IMG/VR virus record: IMGVR_UViG_3300029206_000002 | Direction: 5' to 3' (one strand) | DNA from: a virus | DNA length: 64,000 bases | Shown here: positions 25,701 to 39,035 of the stretch, one piece after another | Position numbering within the stretch: the first letter of the stretch is position 1 | Layout of the letters: each line of letters opens with the position of its first letter | Program-made: the position numbers and the translations under genes | Notes under the pieces: generated by a model | Told to the model about the DNA's origin: nothing | The model's database searches: none | Seen by the model: the letters and a program-made list of their open reading frames with translations, nothing else

Positions 25701-28700
25701 TAAAACAATATCCATATTTAAAAGATGCTTCTAAACAAGAAGTAGAAGAAGCTCTTGCTGAAGAATTCAGACAATATATGCTAAATGAAACCAAACCATC
25801 TATAGCATATAGAATTAAGAAATTATTTAATGCAATACTTAAAGTATTAGGTATTACTAGGAATGGAGATTTAGTAAGAACTTTATTTAATAAAATACGC
25901 AAAGGAGAATTTTCAAAATATAAACCATCTAAGTCCACATTAGAAGATTTTGAAAAAAGATTTGGCGGTACATTGTACTATTACGTTCCAGGAGTAGAGG
26001 ATAAAGAATTAAAGAAAATGGCTTCTATAGCAGATGCTACTACTTTCTATGCAGTAGTAGACTCTTTAAATGCTACAGTAATGGATACATTTAATATTAG
26101 TAGTATAGAAGATTTACAGAGCTTACCTAAAAAGATTAATGATATATTCGATGATATTCTAACTACCAACTTAGAATTAGGAATGTATGATGAATCCCAA
26201 GAACAACTTATCAAAGATGTAATCAACAACAAAGAAGTATTCAAGAAGCAAATAGACGATTACTTAAGAAACTTTAGTATTATTAAAAAGAATACTGAAG
26301 AATCAGAAGAACAAGAAAGAGAAGAAAGAGAACTTGGAGATAATCCTGATAATACTTGGGATAAAGAAAGTTATACAATAAGTAAAAAAGCTAATGTGGC
26401 TTTCAAAGCAAAACTATTCTTTTATTCTATACCTAAAACTAAATATGAATTTGATCCAGAAACAGGTAATAAATACTTAGTAGAAGAGGAGGATGACTTG
26501 TTGATGACTACTAGATCTGAAGATTTTAACGTTGTGTGGAATAAGATATTAGAGAATCTGTGGAATGTTGAAAGTTATTTAGACCTAGTAGATAAGTGCT
26601 ATAATCTTGGTAAGGTAGATCCGTTCTTTATGACTGTATATAATAAGTTAACTTCAAAAGATGATCCTATTGATGAAGTCACTTAGACTCAAATATTAAA
26701 TACAGTTAAAAGTGCAAAAAATAGTTTAACTGCTATAATTGTAGAAAGAAAGTAGATACCTTTTACGTAGAGAGGATCTGATGAACAAATAGAATATGCT
26801 ACACAAGAATATTCTAATAAATTAAAATGGAGAATTCAGAATTCTGATGTATATAGAAAGATAAGTAGATTACCAAAGAAATGGTCGCAATAGTTCTTCT
26901 TGTCAGATTTAATTGATGTTAATGAAGATGGTACTAGAACTATAAATCAAGATAAGTTTCATTCTGCTGTGTGGAAACATAAAATATTAATAGATAATGT
27001 ATTAAAAAAGAAAGATAAAACTTTGGATGATTATATTAAAGTTAGATCTAATTTTATAGATATGTGTAATAATCTATCTATTAATATGGATGATTTAGCA
27101 TTAGACTATTTACTTACTAATGGAACAGGTTAGCCTAACATGCAATCATTTGAGAATTTCTGGAGATCTACAAATGCTAGTACTTCTTTAACTAAAAGTA
27201 TATTAAATAATATTAATATTGCTGCAATCAGAGGTACAAGTAGTATAAAATCTAGAAGTGGAGAAACTGCTAGAACATTTGATAGAATATTTACTAGTAG
27301 AAAACCAGATGCTTAGATAAATCTAATGGCTATAGCTTGGGGTAGAACACACCCATCTCCAGAAGAATTTAGTGTAACTGGAGCGGATGGTAATCTAGTA
27401 TATCCTATTACAGAGAATAATTATATGTCAGACCAAATAAGATGGTTGAAATATAATTTAAATGGTAAGAGAGAATTATTAGGTAAAAATCCTTACTCTG
27501 CAAATTCTTTGTTGTTACAGTCTATAAATAGTAATGCTGATTTAATTAAATTAAATACTTATCTAAACTTAGAAGAGAATCTGCAAAACACTAATCGTGA
27601 TTACTTTGGTATATCTCCTATAGAGGATTACTTATCTAAAATGACATTTGGATTTAATAATCACTTATTTTGTCCTACTATGTCTGATAAAAAGACATGG
27701 CACACTATAAGTGGTATTCAAATGGTCAAGGATTTCTTACCATCTACAGCTATCACTGATTACGAATACAATGAAAACGGAGATATAACTAGAGTTATAT
27801 TTTAGGATCAAAAGAGAAGATTCTCAGATAGAACTTTAAATATATTCAAAGGATATTTAAGAGATGAATATAATGCTATATAGAAGTATTTTGCTACTAA
27901 ACAAAGTGTTATAGATAATCCCAATCTATCTGTTGGTAATTACTATGGTAGTAAAAAAGGTAAATACGCTGATGGTAATGGTGGAAGATTTAGATATTTT
28001 AATAAGATAACCATTAATGGTGATACTTATAATTTAAATGAAATTCTAGCTAAAGCAGAATATTCTAATGACTCACAATCTATACAAGATATTCTTAATG
28101 TAATCAAATAGGCATTAGATAACGATACTGTAATTAAGGAAGCTATCAATGATTTATTAGTAGGTTATGTAAATAATGAAATATCAAAAGCTGTAGAGTT
28201 AGGTGTAATAGGTGAAGACTTAAGTAATAAGTATATACCTATAAACTTTGTAGAAGAATTTGAAAAAATAAGTTCTAAAACTGATAGTAGAGATAAAGGA
28301 ACAGATGTGATATACTCTATCATAGCTTCACATGCCATCAACAGTGCGATTTCTACTATAGAAATAGAGAAATGTTTTACTGGAGATCCAGCATTATATA
28401 AATGGCAAAAAGAACTTATGGTATATAAGCCCAATGATGATTCATTTGTGCCTGTTATATCAGATGAAAGAACATTAGAAGCTTGGATAGATAAACATGA
28501 CCCAGATGGAGATAAATCAAGTTATTCTGCTTATTATATGATAACTGGTAGAGATGTAGATAAAATTAAACGTCTATCTTCAGTATTGTCTACTGGAACA
28601 AACTTGAGAACTAAATGGGGAGATACTAAGGATTAGGAAGATAGAAGTGATTCTAAATTCCAAGTATTATAGTTATCAGATAATGAAATAGGATCTACAG

Positions 28701-31700
28701 TATATGATACATTATATAGTATGTTTAGAAAATCCTTAATAAAGGATATGTTCCAAAAAGAGTTTGGTGTTACTGATTAGCAAGCATTAAATGCCGTTAA
28801 GGACGATCATGCTATAGAAAGTACATTAGGTAGATTACGTAAAAAGAATCCAGATGCTATTAAGTTTATTGAACAACAAGCTAAAAATAGCGCTAAACCA
28901 TATGCTGACGGAGAAATTAATCAAGCAGATGCTGCTGTTTACATCAGACCAGAGTTCTATAAGAGATTGATGAAGTCTTTAGGAGAATGGAGTCCTGAAA
29001 TCGAAGAAGCTTATAATATTATGGAGTCTGATGATAGCTGGTTGAGTGATACTGAGAAGTATCAAAAAGCAATTAAAGCTATCACACAACCTCTTAAAAT
29101 GGTTTACTTTGGTGATCACTTTGATTAGACTCTTGGTATGAATGTAAACACATTTGATAAAATGGCTTTATTCCCACTATTTAAGACTTTTGCTAAAGCT
29201 GATAATAAATATTTATACGATCGTATGAATGATGCTAGTAAAGGTTATATAGACATGGTAGCGTTTGAATCAGCTATTAAAGTTGGTGGTAGAAAGAAGT
29301 TATCATTCTATAAAGATGGTAAAGTAAACTTATCTGAATTAACATCTAATAGTGATATAGACGGCATTTCTGGTAAAGGATTGGCAACATATACTTAGGA
29401 TTTAACTCAAATCAGATTACAGTTAAATACTGATCCACACGAACACCTTGAAAGATCATTTGGTACACAAGCTATTAAAATTGGTTTTGCTAATGTAGTA
29501 GATACTCGTACTTATGGAGAAAATAAAGGATTAGCTGTAAAAGGTTCTGAAATTAAGAAGAACATTATGGATGCTATTAACTCACTATCCAGAATAGGTT
29601 AGAATAAAATAAGAAAAGAGTTCTTTACTAACGGCAAAGTAGATAATCGCAAAATAGTAAATTATCTTTAGAGATAGGCTACAAATTCAGGTATGTCTGC
29701 TGAAATAATTGCCAATTTAACAGTTGATGAAAATGGAAATATTATAGTACCAATTGAAGCTCAAAGTATTAGAGATTGGATTCAAACTAAGATAACTTCT
29801 TTTGTCAATAAAGCAGTAGTAGATGTAAATACTCCCGGTGGTTCTGCTATTCAGATGTCTTCATTTGCATATGAAGCTGTTGGTAGAAGTGTAAAAACTG
29901 ATGCAGAATTAGGTTCAGCTTTTAATCAAGGAAAGAAATTAAAATTCTTAGCTAAAGAAGGTCATATGCAAGTTATACTTAGTGAAAACTTCTTTAGAGA
30001 TATATTACCAGAAGAACTTAAAAGTGCAAGTTTTTATAGTAAACGCAAATGGTTAATTGATAATGGTATAATAGGTAGTAGAATGGTAGACGGTGTAGAA
30101 GTAGAATCTAAACCTTATGGTATAGGATATCGTATTCCTACACAGGGTTTGTCTTCCATGTTCTCATTCCAAGTAGCTGATATTATGCCAACTACTATTG
30201 GTGATACAATCATAGTTCCGGAAGAATTTACAGCTATGACTGGTTCTGACTTCGACGTTGATAAACTTTATCTAGCTACATATACATATAAAGATGGTAA
30301 AAGAGTAAGTTCTGACGAAAAATCGGAACAAGGTTACGTTAATAAGTTGCTAGATAATTACTCATTAGTACTGACTGACTTTACCAATATTGCTGAAACT
30401 AGAGCTTCTATTGATACATTAACAAAGATTCTTCAAAAGCAGATTCTTCCAATAGTTCAGCCAAAAAATACTGTAGAAGTAAATCCTATGTATGAATTAG
30501 CTCCTTCTTTCTAGCTTTCTAGAAAGACAGAGTATACTGGTGGTAAAGCTGGTATTGCTCCATTTGCACTTAACTCTACTAATCATGCGTTAACTCAATT
30601 TACTCACCTATGTATCAATTATTCTAATGCTAATAGATATAACTTAGGTCAGTTAGATTAGGTATATGGAGAAGATGATCAACGTATTATGGACTGGTTG
30701 TCAGCATTGATCAATGCTCACGTGGACGTTGCCAAAGACCCATATATTATGGCTTTGAACGTAAACTCTATTACTTATAATATGACCTCTTTGCTTATCA
30801 GAGGTGGTAAAGGTGAGAATACTTTCTACTTCTTAGCACAACCTGCATTGCGTAGGTTTACTAAAGAAATGTTAGAAAGTAAAGGTATAATAGGTGCAGA
30901 AAAAGGAATAACTGAAAGAGATAAACTTAAATCTATAGCTAAAGAATATATGACTTCTTTGAGAGAAGCGATTGTATCATTAGATGATAGTGATTCTAAT
31001 AAAGCAAAGTATGCACAGTATTATAATAGTTTAGCTAGTGAATATTCACTTCCATCTATAGAAGGATATGATGCTGTTGAGGTCAATTATAATGATGTGT
31101 TTGATAAGAAAGTAGCATCTGAAGCGTTAAAAAAACCAAAAGAAGTCAATGGATTATATCAACAAGTCATATCTATTAGAGCTTATCAAGATTTGTCTTC
31201 AGATACAGAAGTTTTATCAAATTTAGTTCAATTATCATAGATTGATACTAAGAAATTTGGTAATACCTTACCGTTACAGTTAAATTTCAAACGTAGATTA
31301 AATAGATATATAGATAATTATCAAAGTAGGTTCTATATAAATGGAGCTGATAACATAGAAAAACCTATAAACTATTACTTATCTTCTACATTCCTTAAGT
31401 AGAAACTAGATGCTGGTATAAATACTCCTAGAATATTATTAAGCGGTCAAATTATAGAAGCTACAAAAGGATATAAGACAATATTTAATGCTGCATGTGA
31501 CTTCTTTTTAGGTAATTCTTCAGATAAAAATACTGTAGCTGAATTATCAAAAATATTAACTACTTCACTAAGAACTAAAGCTGTAGTAAATGCAGTTGAG
31601 GACTTTAATATTAGTGATAAGAAGTTCCTTAATATGTTAAGAGGACCTAAAAGTATGGCTAAAAGGTTAACTTAGATTAAAAATGATTTAAGAAAACGTA

Positions 31701-33049
31701 ATGATTTACCAGCAATTGCGTTCAATGGTCATATTAAGAATGAGTTACTTAACTATCTACAAGAATATGCATCTGATGGTACTAACTAGAAATATGATAG
31801 AATAGTAACAGCAGATAACGCTTTAACTAATACTGCTACTTATGAAAACAGATTATTGTCAGCATATCAAGATCTACTAGACTGTGAAGATGAAGGTATA
31901 AGAAAGTTTGCTAATAGATTGGGTGTATATGCTTACTTAACTAGTTTCGATAATAGAAGTACTGATTCATTCTTCGATGTAATAACTACTGCTTGGAAGA
32001 AACAAAAAGGTTATTCAGATGCAATTAAAGCTGCTATAGAAATACTTAATAATGATAAATTAGTAGGTATGGATTATTTTGGTTTTAATTCTGAAAACAT
32101 GCAGAATAATAACTTTACAGAGTTATTTACAGAAATAGCTAGAAATGCTTATAGAAATGATAAAATAGTTAAACCATATCAGTTAAGTAATTATGATAAT
32201 AAGTATGGTACTCTAGTTCAAATAAAACCCGAATCTAAGCCAATACCAGCAGTATTTAGTAGTTGGAGAGCTAATCAACCGTTTATTAAGATTCAACTTA
32301 ATCCTAATGACATCAATAGTTATATATTGTATCAGAAAGTAGCAACAGTATATCAAACTGATGAAAATGGTGATCCAGTAAAAAATACAAAACAATCTGT
32401 ATATAAAATTATACCAGCTTTAGGTACTAAAGATGATAGAAAAGTTTACTATGAATATCAAAAACAATCTGGGGAACAATCTGCATTTGAAGAAAATGCT
32501 TTACCTAAAGAAGCTATTTGGAACAATGGACAAATAGAACAATTAGTCTAGAAATTTTTTGAACCTATGACAAATAAAAATCATACCACTTTAGTGTATG
32601 AATCTTCAGATGCTATAGTAATTAATACTGTAGAAAAACAAGAAATAGTTAGCTTTGAAGAGCCAGAAGTTACAACAGTAGGTTCAGATTTAGAAGCATC
32701 TAATGAAATACATAATACAGAAGATACTTAGTCTTCTACTATTTATGGAGAAGTAGACGAACAAATTTCTACAATAACGGTAGGACAAGATGATTCTGTT
32801 ACGTTATCAGATATGCAAGTAGATATGGAAGATGGAACTTAGACTATAATAAGTGACGATGTATTGAATTTTACAGAAATAACTGATGATGTGTTTGGAG
32901 AAAGTCCGTACTTTGATTCTATATTAAATGCTGGTATTACTCAGTATGAATAGGTACAAGATATAATTACAGATATGAATACTGGGACTGATACTGTTCA
33001 AGATATGAAATTTAATGATGAAGCTTATAAAAACTGTAAAGGTAAATAA
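19790..33049 (+). CDS. Giant ORF of 4,420 codons with more than 70 in-frame TAG and no TAA or TGA. It is a candidate multi-domain ejected cargo protein containing a virion RNA-polymerase-like DxDxD motif (DFDVD at 30247-30261) and an HExxH motif (HEGFH at 25627-25641).
   Basis: All 15 track ORFs from 19871 to 31856 are in frame 2. An eye translation across the whole span found only TAG interruptions. It has an acidic disordered linker around 22.8-23.5 kb. The RNAP assignment is an inference from the motif and from how crAss-like phages are organised. Confidence 0.65.
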
Positions 33050-33051
33050 TT

Positions 33052-36000
33052 ATGATTATATGTCCAAATTTTAGTGATAAGAATGTCCTAAAAGAATTTA
33101 ATGAATTAAAAGAATTGGTAGGCGAAATTGGCGCCTACCATATCTGGAACGAAAACAATGGTAATCCTATTGATTAGACAAAAGATGGTAAGCCATCTAA
33201 GCTATTTTCAGACTTACTGTAGTATTATAATGGAGACAGAGCTGCTGCTATAAAAGGAAGAGCTAAAACCTTTACAGAAACGTTTAGTACGTGGTTTGAA
33301 GGATCTACCGCTATAGATGAAAACGGTGAACCTATTATTACAGAATTTGATGGAGATAGAGTGTTTGTTTCTGATCCAGAATATGATTCTACTAAAGAAT
33401 TAACAGAGTTAGATACATCTAAAATTAAATCTGTTGATAATACTGGTTCTTTTTCCGCTTCTGACAGTAGAATAAAAGGATCAGAGCTAGATGAATCATT
33501 GTAGTATTACTTAACTAATAGTCTAGATGAAAGGTATCAACAAGATGTACAAGAATATATAGAAGCATATAGATAGTATTTTGATAAATATGATTATGCT
33601 ACTAAAGAAAATCTTGAGAAAGAATTGGAAAAAGTAATACAGAAAATACACGATGGTCTTAAAGCTAGATTATATACTCTGAATAAAAAAGATACTAATG
33701 TTACAGATGAATTTAAAGCAGCTTTAACATTACAAATATCTGAATTAGAAAATAGAACAGTAGATAGGATTTAGAACATAACTAACTTTATATATAGTAC
33801 TAAATATGATATACTATCTACTATAAGACAAATCAGAGATGTAGTAAATGGAGTGTAGGATAAAATGACACTAAAGTAGTTGTTAGATCTAAAACAAGAT
33901 TTCTTTAATTTCTATTGTCCAATGTTAGATGAATGTGTTAATACTTTATCTGCTACAGAGGAATATAAATATATAGTTGGAGAAAATCTATATAGAAATT
34001 TATTAAAGGAAGCAAAAAGAATGCAGACTATTCTAAATGTAGGAGCTAACAATGTTAATAACATGATTACTAAGTAGTCTGCTGAAGAAATTAGAAGAAT
34101 TGGTATATCTGTTAATAGTCCAACTATAGAAAATTATATATAGGAACATCAAGAAACAGTAGGTAAAGATATATTAGCTATTACCGCTTGGGTAGGAGCT
34201 GGAGATAAAATTAATGACGAAGCTATTAGAGCTTTATTTCATATAACTCAAAATGCAGAATTTGAAGTTAATAGAGCTACTTACGAAAAGTATAATAAAC
34301 TAACAGAACTGTTAAAAAAAGCTGGTACTTTTAATCAAAAAAAATTAGTAGAGCTTGATGAAAATGGTTTACCTACTGGATATCTAGTCAGAAAAAGAAA
34401 CTATGGTAGATTTAATAATGACTATAAACAATTCTTAAAGTAGCTCAGAAGTGATTTAGGCATGTTAGATGTAGATGATTTACGTTCTGTAAATCCCACT
34501 ATACGTACAGAGTATAATAAAAGAAAAAACAAATGGTTATCAGAACATTGTGAAAGAAAATATACTCCTGAATACTATGAACTATTTAACAATCTATCGC
34601 CTTTAGCCGCTGATGCTAGAGAATTAGTACAAATCAAAATACACAAACTACTAGATACTGTAAAAGACGCTAATGGATTCTATGACACAAGTAAGTTATC
34701 AGAAGAAAATCAAAGTAAACTAAAGGATTTATATTTAGAAAAAAAATAGTTAGCTAGTATATATGGTATAGATGGAAAATTAAAACAAGGTGAAGAATAT
34801 GAAATAGCTGTAGAACTAGCTGCATTAAATGATAAGTTGTCTAAAGGTATGGTTTTAAAATCAAATAAAGCATTATTTGATAAAATCAAGGCTGAAAAAA
34901 AAGCAAATTTATCTGAAGCTCAGTATCAAAGATGGTTATAGTATAATTCTAGAGATGAATATACTCAAGAATTCTATGATGATCTTGCTAAAGTAGAAAG
35001 ATCTGAAATAAACAATGAATCAGATAAAAAGCTATATGAATAGTTGCAAGAAAGAAAAAGAGCTATACTTAAACAATTTAGAGATGATAAGACACATGAA
35101 ATTGAAAAGTTAATACCAGGAGTTGCTCAAGCTGAATTAGATAAAATAGATGTAGATTTATATAGGATAAGAAAAAGAAACGGTAAAAAGAAAACTACTG
35201 GATTAAAATTTAACGATATAGCTAAAGTGATACCGTCTAAGCTGTTCTATAAACTTAGAGCTGATGCCATTGCTAATGGAACTTTAGCAGAATTTGAAAT
35301 GACACATTGTAATAGAGATAGTCAAGGTAATATATATCCTAAATCTTATCTTACAACAGTTGTTCCAGTGAAAGAAAAATATATACTTAAAGAACAGCCA
35401 TCTATTTACTTTTCAGAGGTAGATTAGAATTCTCCATTTGTTAATAAGAACTACAAACCAGAAGTTGAAGACTAGGGAGAATACTATTTGCCTAAATTAG
35501 AACTATACGATAATTCAGAAGCATTTAATAAAGTATCTTCAAATGAAGATTTACATGAATTATACAAAGAATGTGTGAATACTCTTAAAGAATCAAATAG
35601 CAAACTTACTAATCTTACTAATTTAAGTTCATATAGATTGCCACAAATATCAGGTTCTATGTGGAGATATGTTAGAGCTAGAGGTTTTGAAGGTTTTAAA
35701 GAATATTGGAAAGATAAAGTATCTACTAGAAATGATGATACTGGTTTAAATGATGAAGTAGTAGATACTGGTACAGATAAATTATATTTTGTTCCACAGA
35801 ATTATGTTAAAAGTCTGGATGATCCTTCTACTATTACAGCTAATACTGTTGGCTCTATAGTAGAGTATTTTAAAATGGCTGAAAACTTTAGAATAAAAAG
35901 TGAACTCAAACCTAAAACAGAAGCTATCCTACAATTTATAGGTAATCGAGACGTCAAAAGTAAGTACAGAGGAAGGAGTAAAAAAGGGCAGGAATCTAAT

Positions 36001-37458
36001 ATATATAAGTTTGCTAAAAGTTTCGTAGAGATGAATATATATGACATTAAGACTAAATCTGCTATATGGGATATCAAAGAAAGAGATTATTCTATACTAG
36101 GATTTAAAGGTCATATAAAACCTAGAAAAGTTAATTTTACTAAATTAATGCTAGGTTTAAAAGCATTAGGAACTACTGTAAATCTAGGTTTAAACATTAT
36201 ATGTGCTACTACGGGTTTTTTTACAGCAGTCTATAATGATATAATTAATTCGCTTTCTGGTAGATATTATAGTTTTAGTGATAGTCTTAATGGTGCTAAA
36301 GCATTAATTGTAGACTTATTTAAAAACAATTTTAGTTTACTTAGTGATTATCATAATAGTACATAGATGAAGCTAATGGAATATTTTCAAGTAGGTGCTG
36401 AAATAAAAACAGATAGACTTAATCTATCTACTTTTCAAAAACAAATAGCTAGAAACTGGGCTTTTGGAGTATACTCTTTAAGTGATTATGTCGTAAAGGG
36501 TCATATACTAAATTCTGTTATGTACAACTATAGATACGTAAATGGAGAGTTTCTTAATAGCGAAGAATTTAAACGTAAATATAGTAACGACGAAGTAATG
36601 TTAAATCAATGGAATACATTTAGATCCTCTAGAGATTTAGTAGAGTATAAAAATGGAAATATCGTAACCAAAGACCCTGCTTATCAAAAAGCCTGGGATG
36701 CTAAAAAAGAAACCATTGGTAACACTGCTAGAAATTTAGCTCAATCTGCTGATGGTTAGCTTACTCCACTATAGAAAACTATGTTAAGTAGTAATATTAT
36801 AGGAAGTTTAGTAATGATGCATAGACAGTTTATGCCTATTATACTTCAAGAAAGATGGGTATAGAATAGACAATGGGATTATAGTTCTCAAAGATATAAA
36901 GAGGCTTTGTTTAGAGTTCCTTTTAGTATTATTTCTGCAATAAGAAGAGATACTAGGAATATTAGTTTATGGTAGAAGTATATGTAGAATTCTACATACG
37001 ATTAGCGTAGAGTAATAAGACAATTATCTTTAGAACTAATAGGTGTACATATATTGCATTTCTTCTTAATGCCAATAGCAAAGGCTTGGGCAGATGATGA
37101 TAAAGATAATATATTAAAACAATTATTAGCTTTTGCTTTAGTAAGAACAGATTTTGAAACTATGATGTCTTCTACCCCTTGGGCAATCCAAGACGCTATC
37201 TCAACTATCAAAACTCCATTCCCTATTTATAGTTATTATGATAACTTTTCTGGATTAATTTCTACTGTACCAGCATGGGTACATAATCTGATTAATAATG
37301 AAGATAAAAAAATAGATAGAGGCGCTTATAAAGGTTTTTCTCCTACTTTTAAATTTGGAATGAAAATAACTCCGTTTAAAAATATATGGGAATTATAGGA
37401 TATACCTTCTAAAAGAAGATATTACGAAACTCAAATTGCAAATAGAGATTCTGATTAA
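33052..37458 (+). CDS. Giant virion protein of 1,469 codons with about 25 in-frame TAG.
   Basis: ATG 33052. Track ORFs at 33880, 34462, 35044, 35488, 36367 and 37054 are all in frame 1. It ends at TAA 37456-37458. Confidence 0.65.
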
Positions 37459-37463
37459 TGTAA

Positions 37464-37496
37464 AAGGCTGGATTATTTCCAGCCTTTTATTTTTAA
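37464..37496. terminator. Bidirectional rho-independent terminator at the convergence of the late and early modules.
   Basis: Perfect 9-bp stem aaggctgga/tccagcctt with loop ttatt, flanked by A/T runs on both sides. It lies between the + gene ending at 37458 and the minus gene ending at 37493. Confidence 0.8.
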
Positions 37497-37930
37497 CAAG
37501 TACAAGTATAATCAGAGCAAAAGTCATTTGACTTAAGCAAATCATCAAATTGATCTAAGTAGTCTTTCCAAATAACAACTAAATCTTTTACATCTAAATA
37601 ACTATCAGTAAATCTACCTTTTTTACAGAATTCTAATTCTTGTATTTTATCTTTACTAACTTTAAATGAAAAGACAATATAAGATTGTTTATTTATAGTA
37701 TAAGGAAACCAGTTATAATATGTTTTATTACAACTGATTTCCTCTATTTTTTTAGATAGTTCATAATGACTACTAAACTTATAAACTAAATATAATTTTC
37801 CTTCAGAATTGTCTCCTTTTAAATTTGTATACATATTTACAAATGCTGGACAATCAAAGTAAGATATCTTCGCTTCTATAAAATCACTTAAAAATATTAA
37901 GCATTTATTATAGTTTTTCAACACCATCAC
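37493..37930 (-). CDS. Hypothetical protein of 145 aa.
   Basis: Intact ORF. Confidence 0.5.
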   Translation of the reverse strand: MMVLKNYNKCLIFLSDFIEAKISYFDCPAFVNMYTNLKGDNSEGKLYLVYKFSSHYELSKKIEEISCNKTYYNWFPYTINKQSYIVFSFKVSKDKIQELEFCKKGRFTDSYLDVKDLVVIWKDYLDQFDDLLKSNDFCSDYTCTC

Positions 37931-38915
37931 CTTCGTAGTATTCTACTGAGTGATCCCATTGATCTGTACTGATATGATATGAAATTTTCTGTAAAGAATT
38001 GTTAATTAAATCAATTTTCTCACTGAGTATTTTATCATTTTTCATGTTAAACACTCTAATTTGATTTTCAGAATCTTTACCTATAGCAATAATATATGCT
38101 TCAAAATCATATTCTTCAGAATTAAGATTTAATATCTCTTGCATATACCATTGAATTGCTAATCCATAATAAGCAATTTGCCTATAATAATCGTATTCTT
38201 CTACTGAATGTGCAAAATCATAGACATTTACAGTAGTCTTTAAGTCAATTAGAATTATCTTCTTATTAACATGATCAAAACATACTCTATCTAGTAAAGA
38301 TTTACATTTAATATTATTGATTCTATTAACTTGCCAGTTAATATGAAATTCATTATGAGTTTCAAAAGTAGATGGTAAATTAAAAAGCAATTCATTTGCT
38401 TTCTTATGATTCTGAATATTTTCCTTAATCTTCTTAAGCATTTGTAAATCAGCAAAGCTAATTATCTTCTTATTATCATCTTTCTTACTCAAGTATTCTA
38501 AGTAATCTTGATAAATCATAATAAGACCTTCAGCTTCTTCAATACATTTCTCATCAGATTTCTTATTACTATAAGCTTTTTTATAAGCAGATAGTTTAAG
38601 CTTATCTTGAGATTCTAATGGATTTACTTGCATAAGTCTATGATACTCATCTAATAAATCCTTTTGCTGTTTTACTTTAGGTGTTGCAAAATCAAGAATA
38701 ATATAATCTTTCCAGAATTCGTCTGGTTGAAGTAAATATTCATGAATCATAGTTCCTTTTTCAAGAAAAGAAAAGTTCATTCCCTCTTCTTTTCCATCAA
38801 GCATATCACGAAAATACCTAGGACCTCTTTTAATAAACCATCCTATTGCAGAATTACTTACTCTGCTATTATCTTCGTAATAAGGAATACTAATATCCAT
38901 CTTATTCTTTAACAT
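37908..38915 (-). CDS. PD-(D/E)xK family nuclease (RecB/YqaJ-like exonuclease candidate).
   Basis: 335-aa ORF. The motif DRVCFDHVNKKIILIDLKTT fits the D...(D/E)xK core. Confidence 0.45.
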   Translation of the reverse strand: MLKNKMDISIPYYEDNSRVSNSAIGWFIKRGPRYFRDMLDGKEEGMNFSFLEKGTMIHEYLLQPDEFWKDYIILDFATPKVKQQKDLLDEYHRLMQVNPLESQDKLKLSAYKKAYSNKKSDEKCIEEAEGLIMIYQDYLEYLSKKDDNKKIISFADLQMLKKIKENIQNHKKANELLFNLPSTFETHNEFHINWQVNRINNIKCKSLLDRVCFDHVNKKIILIDLKTTVNVYDFAHSVEEYDYYRQIAYYGLAIQWYMQEILNLNSEEYDFEAYIIAIGKDSENQIRVFNMKNDKILSEKIDLINNSLQKISYHISTDQWDHSVEYYEGDGVEKL

Positions 38916-39035
38916 ACTCTATAATTACTTTTTCTTCTATAGCTTGTATTTCTATAGTATCATCAATAACATTATTGAACATTGCTTCAATCACAATACG
39001 TTCATTATCTGTAACAATTCCTTCTACTTTCATAT

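Noticed and set aside
19790-33049. Splitting the giant ORF into several genes at TAG codons.
   Set aside because: TAG never behaves as a stop in any + strand gene. There are no in-frame TAA or TGA codons and no consistent start sites after the TAGs. One ORF is the most parsimonious reading.
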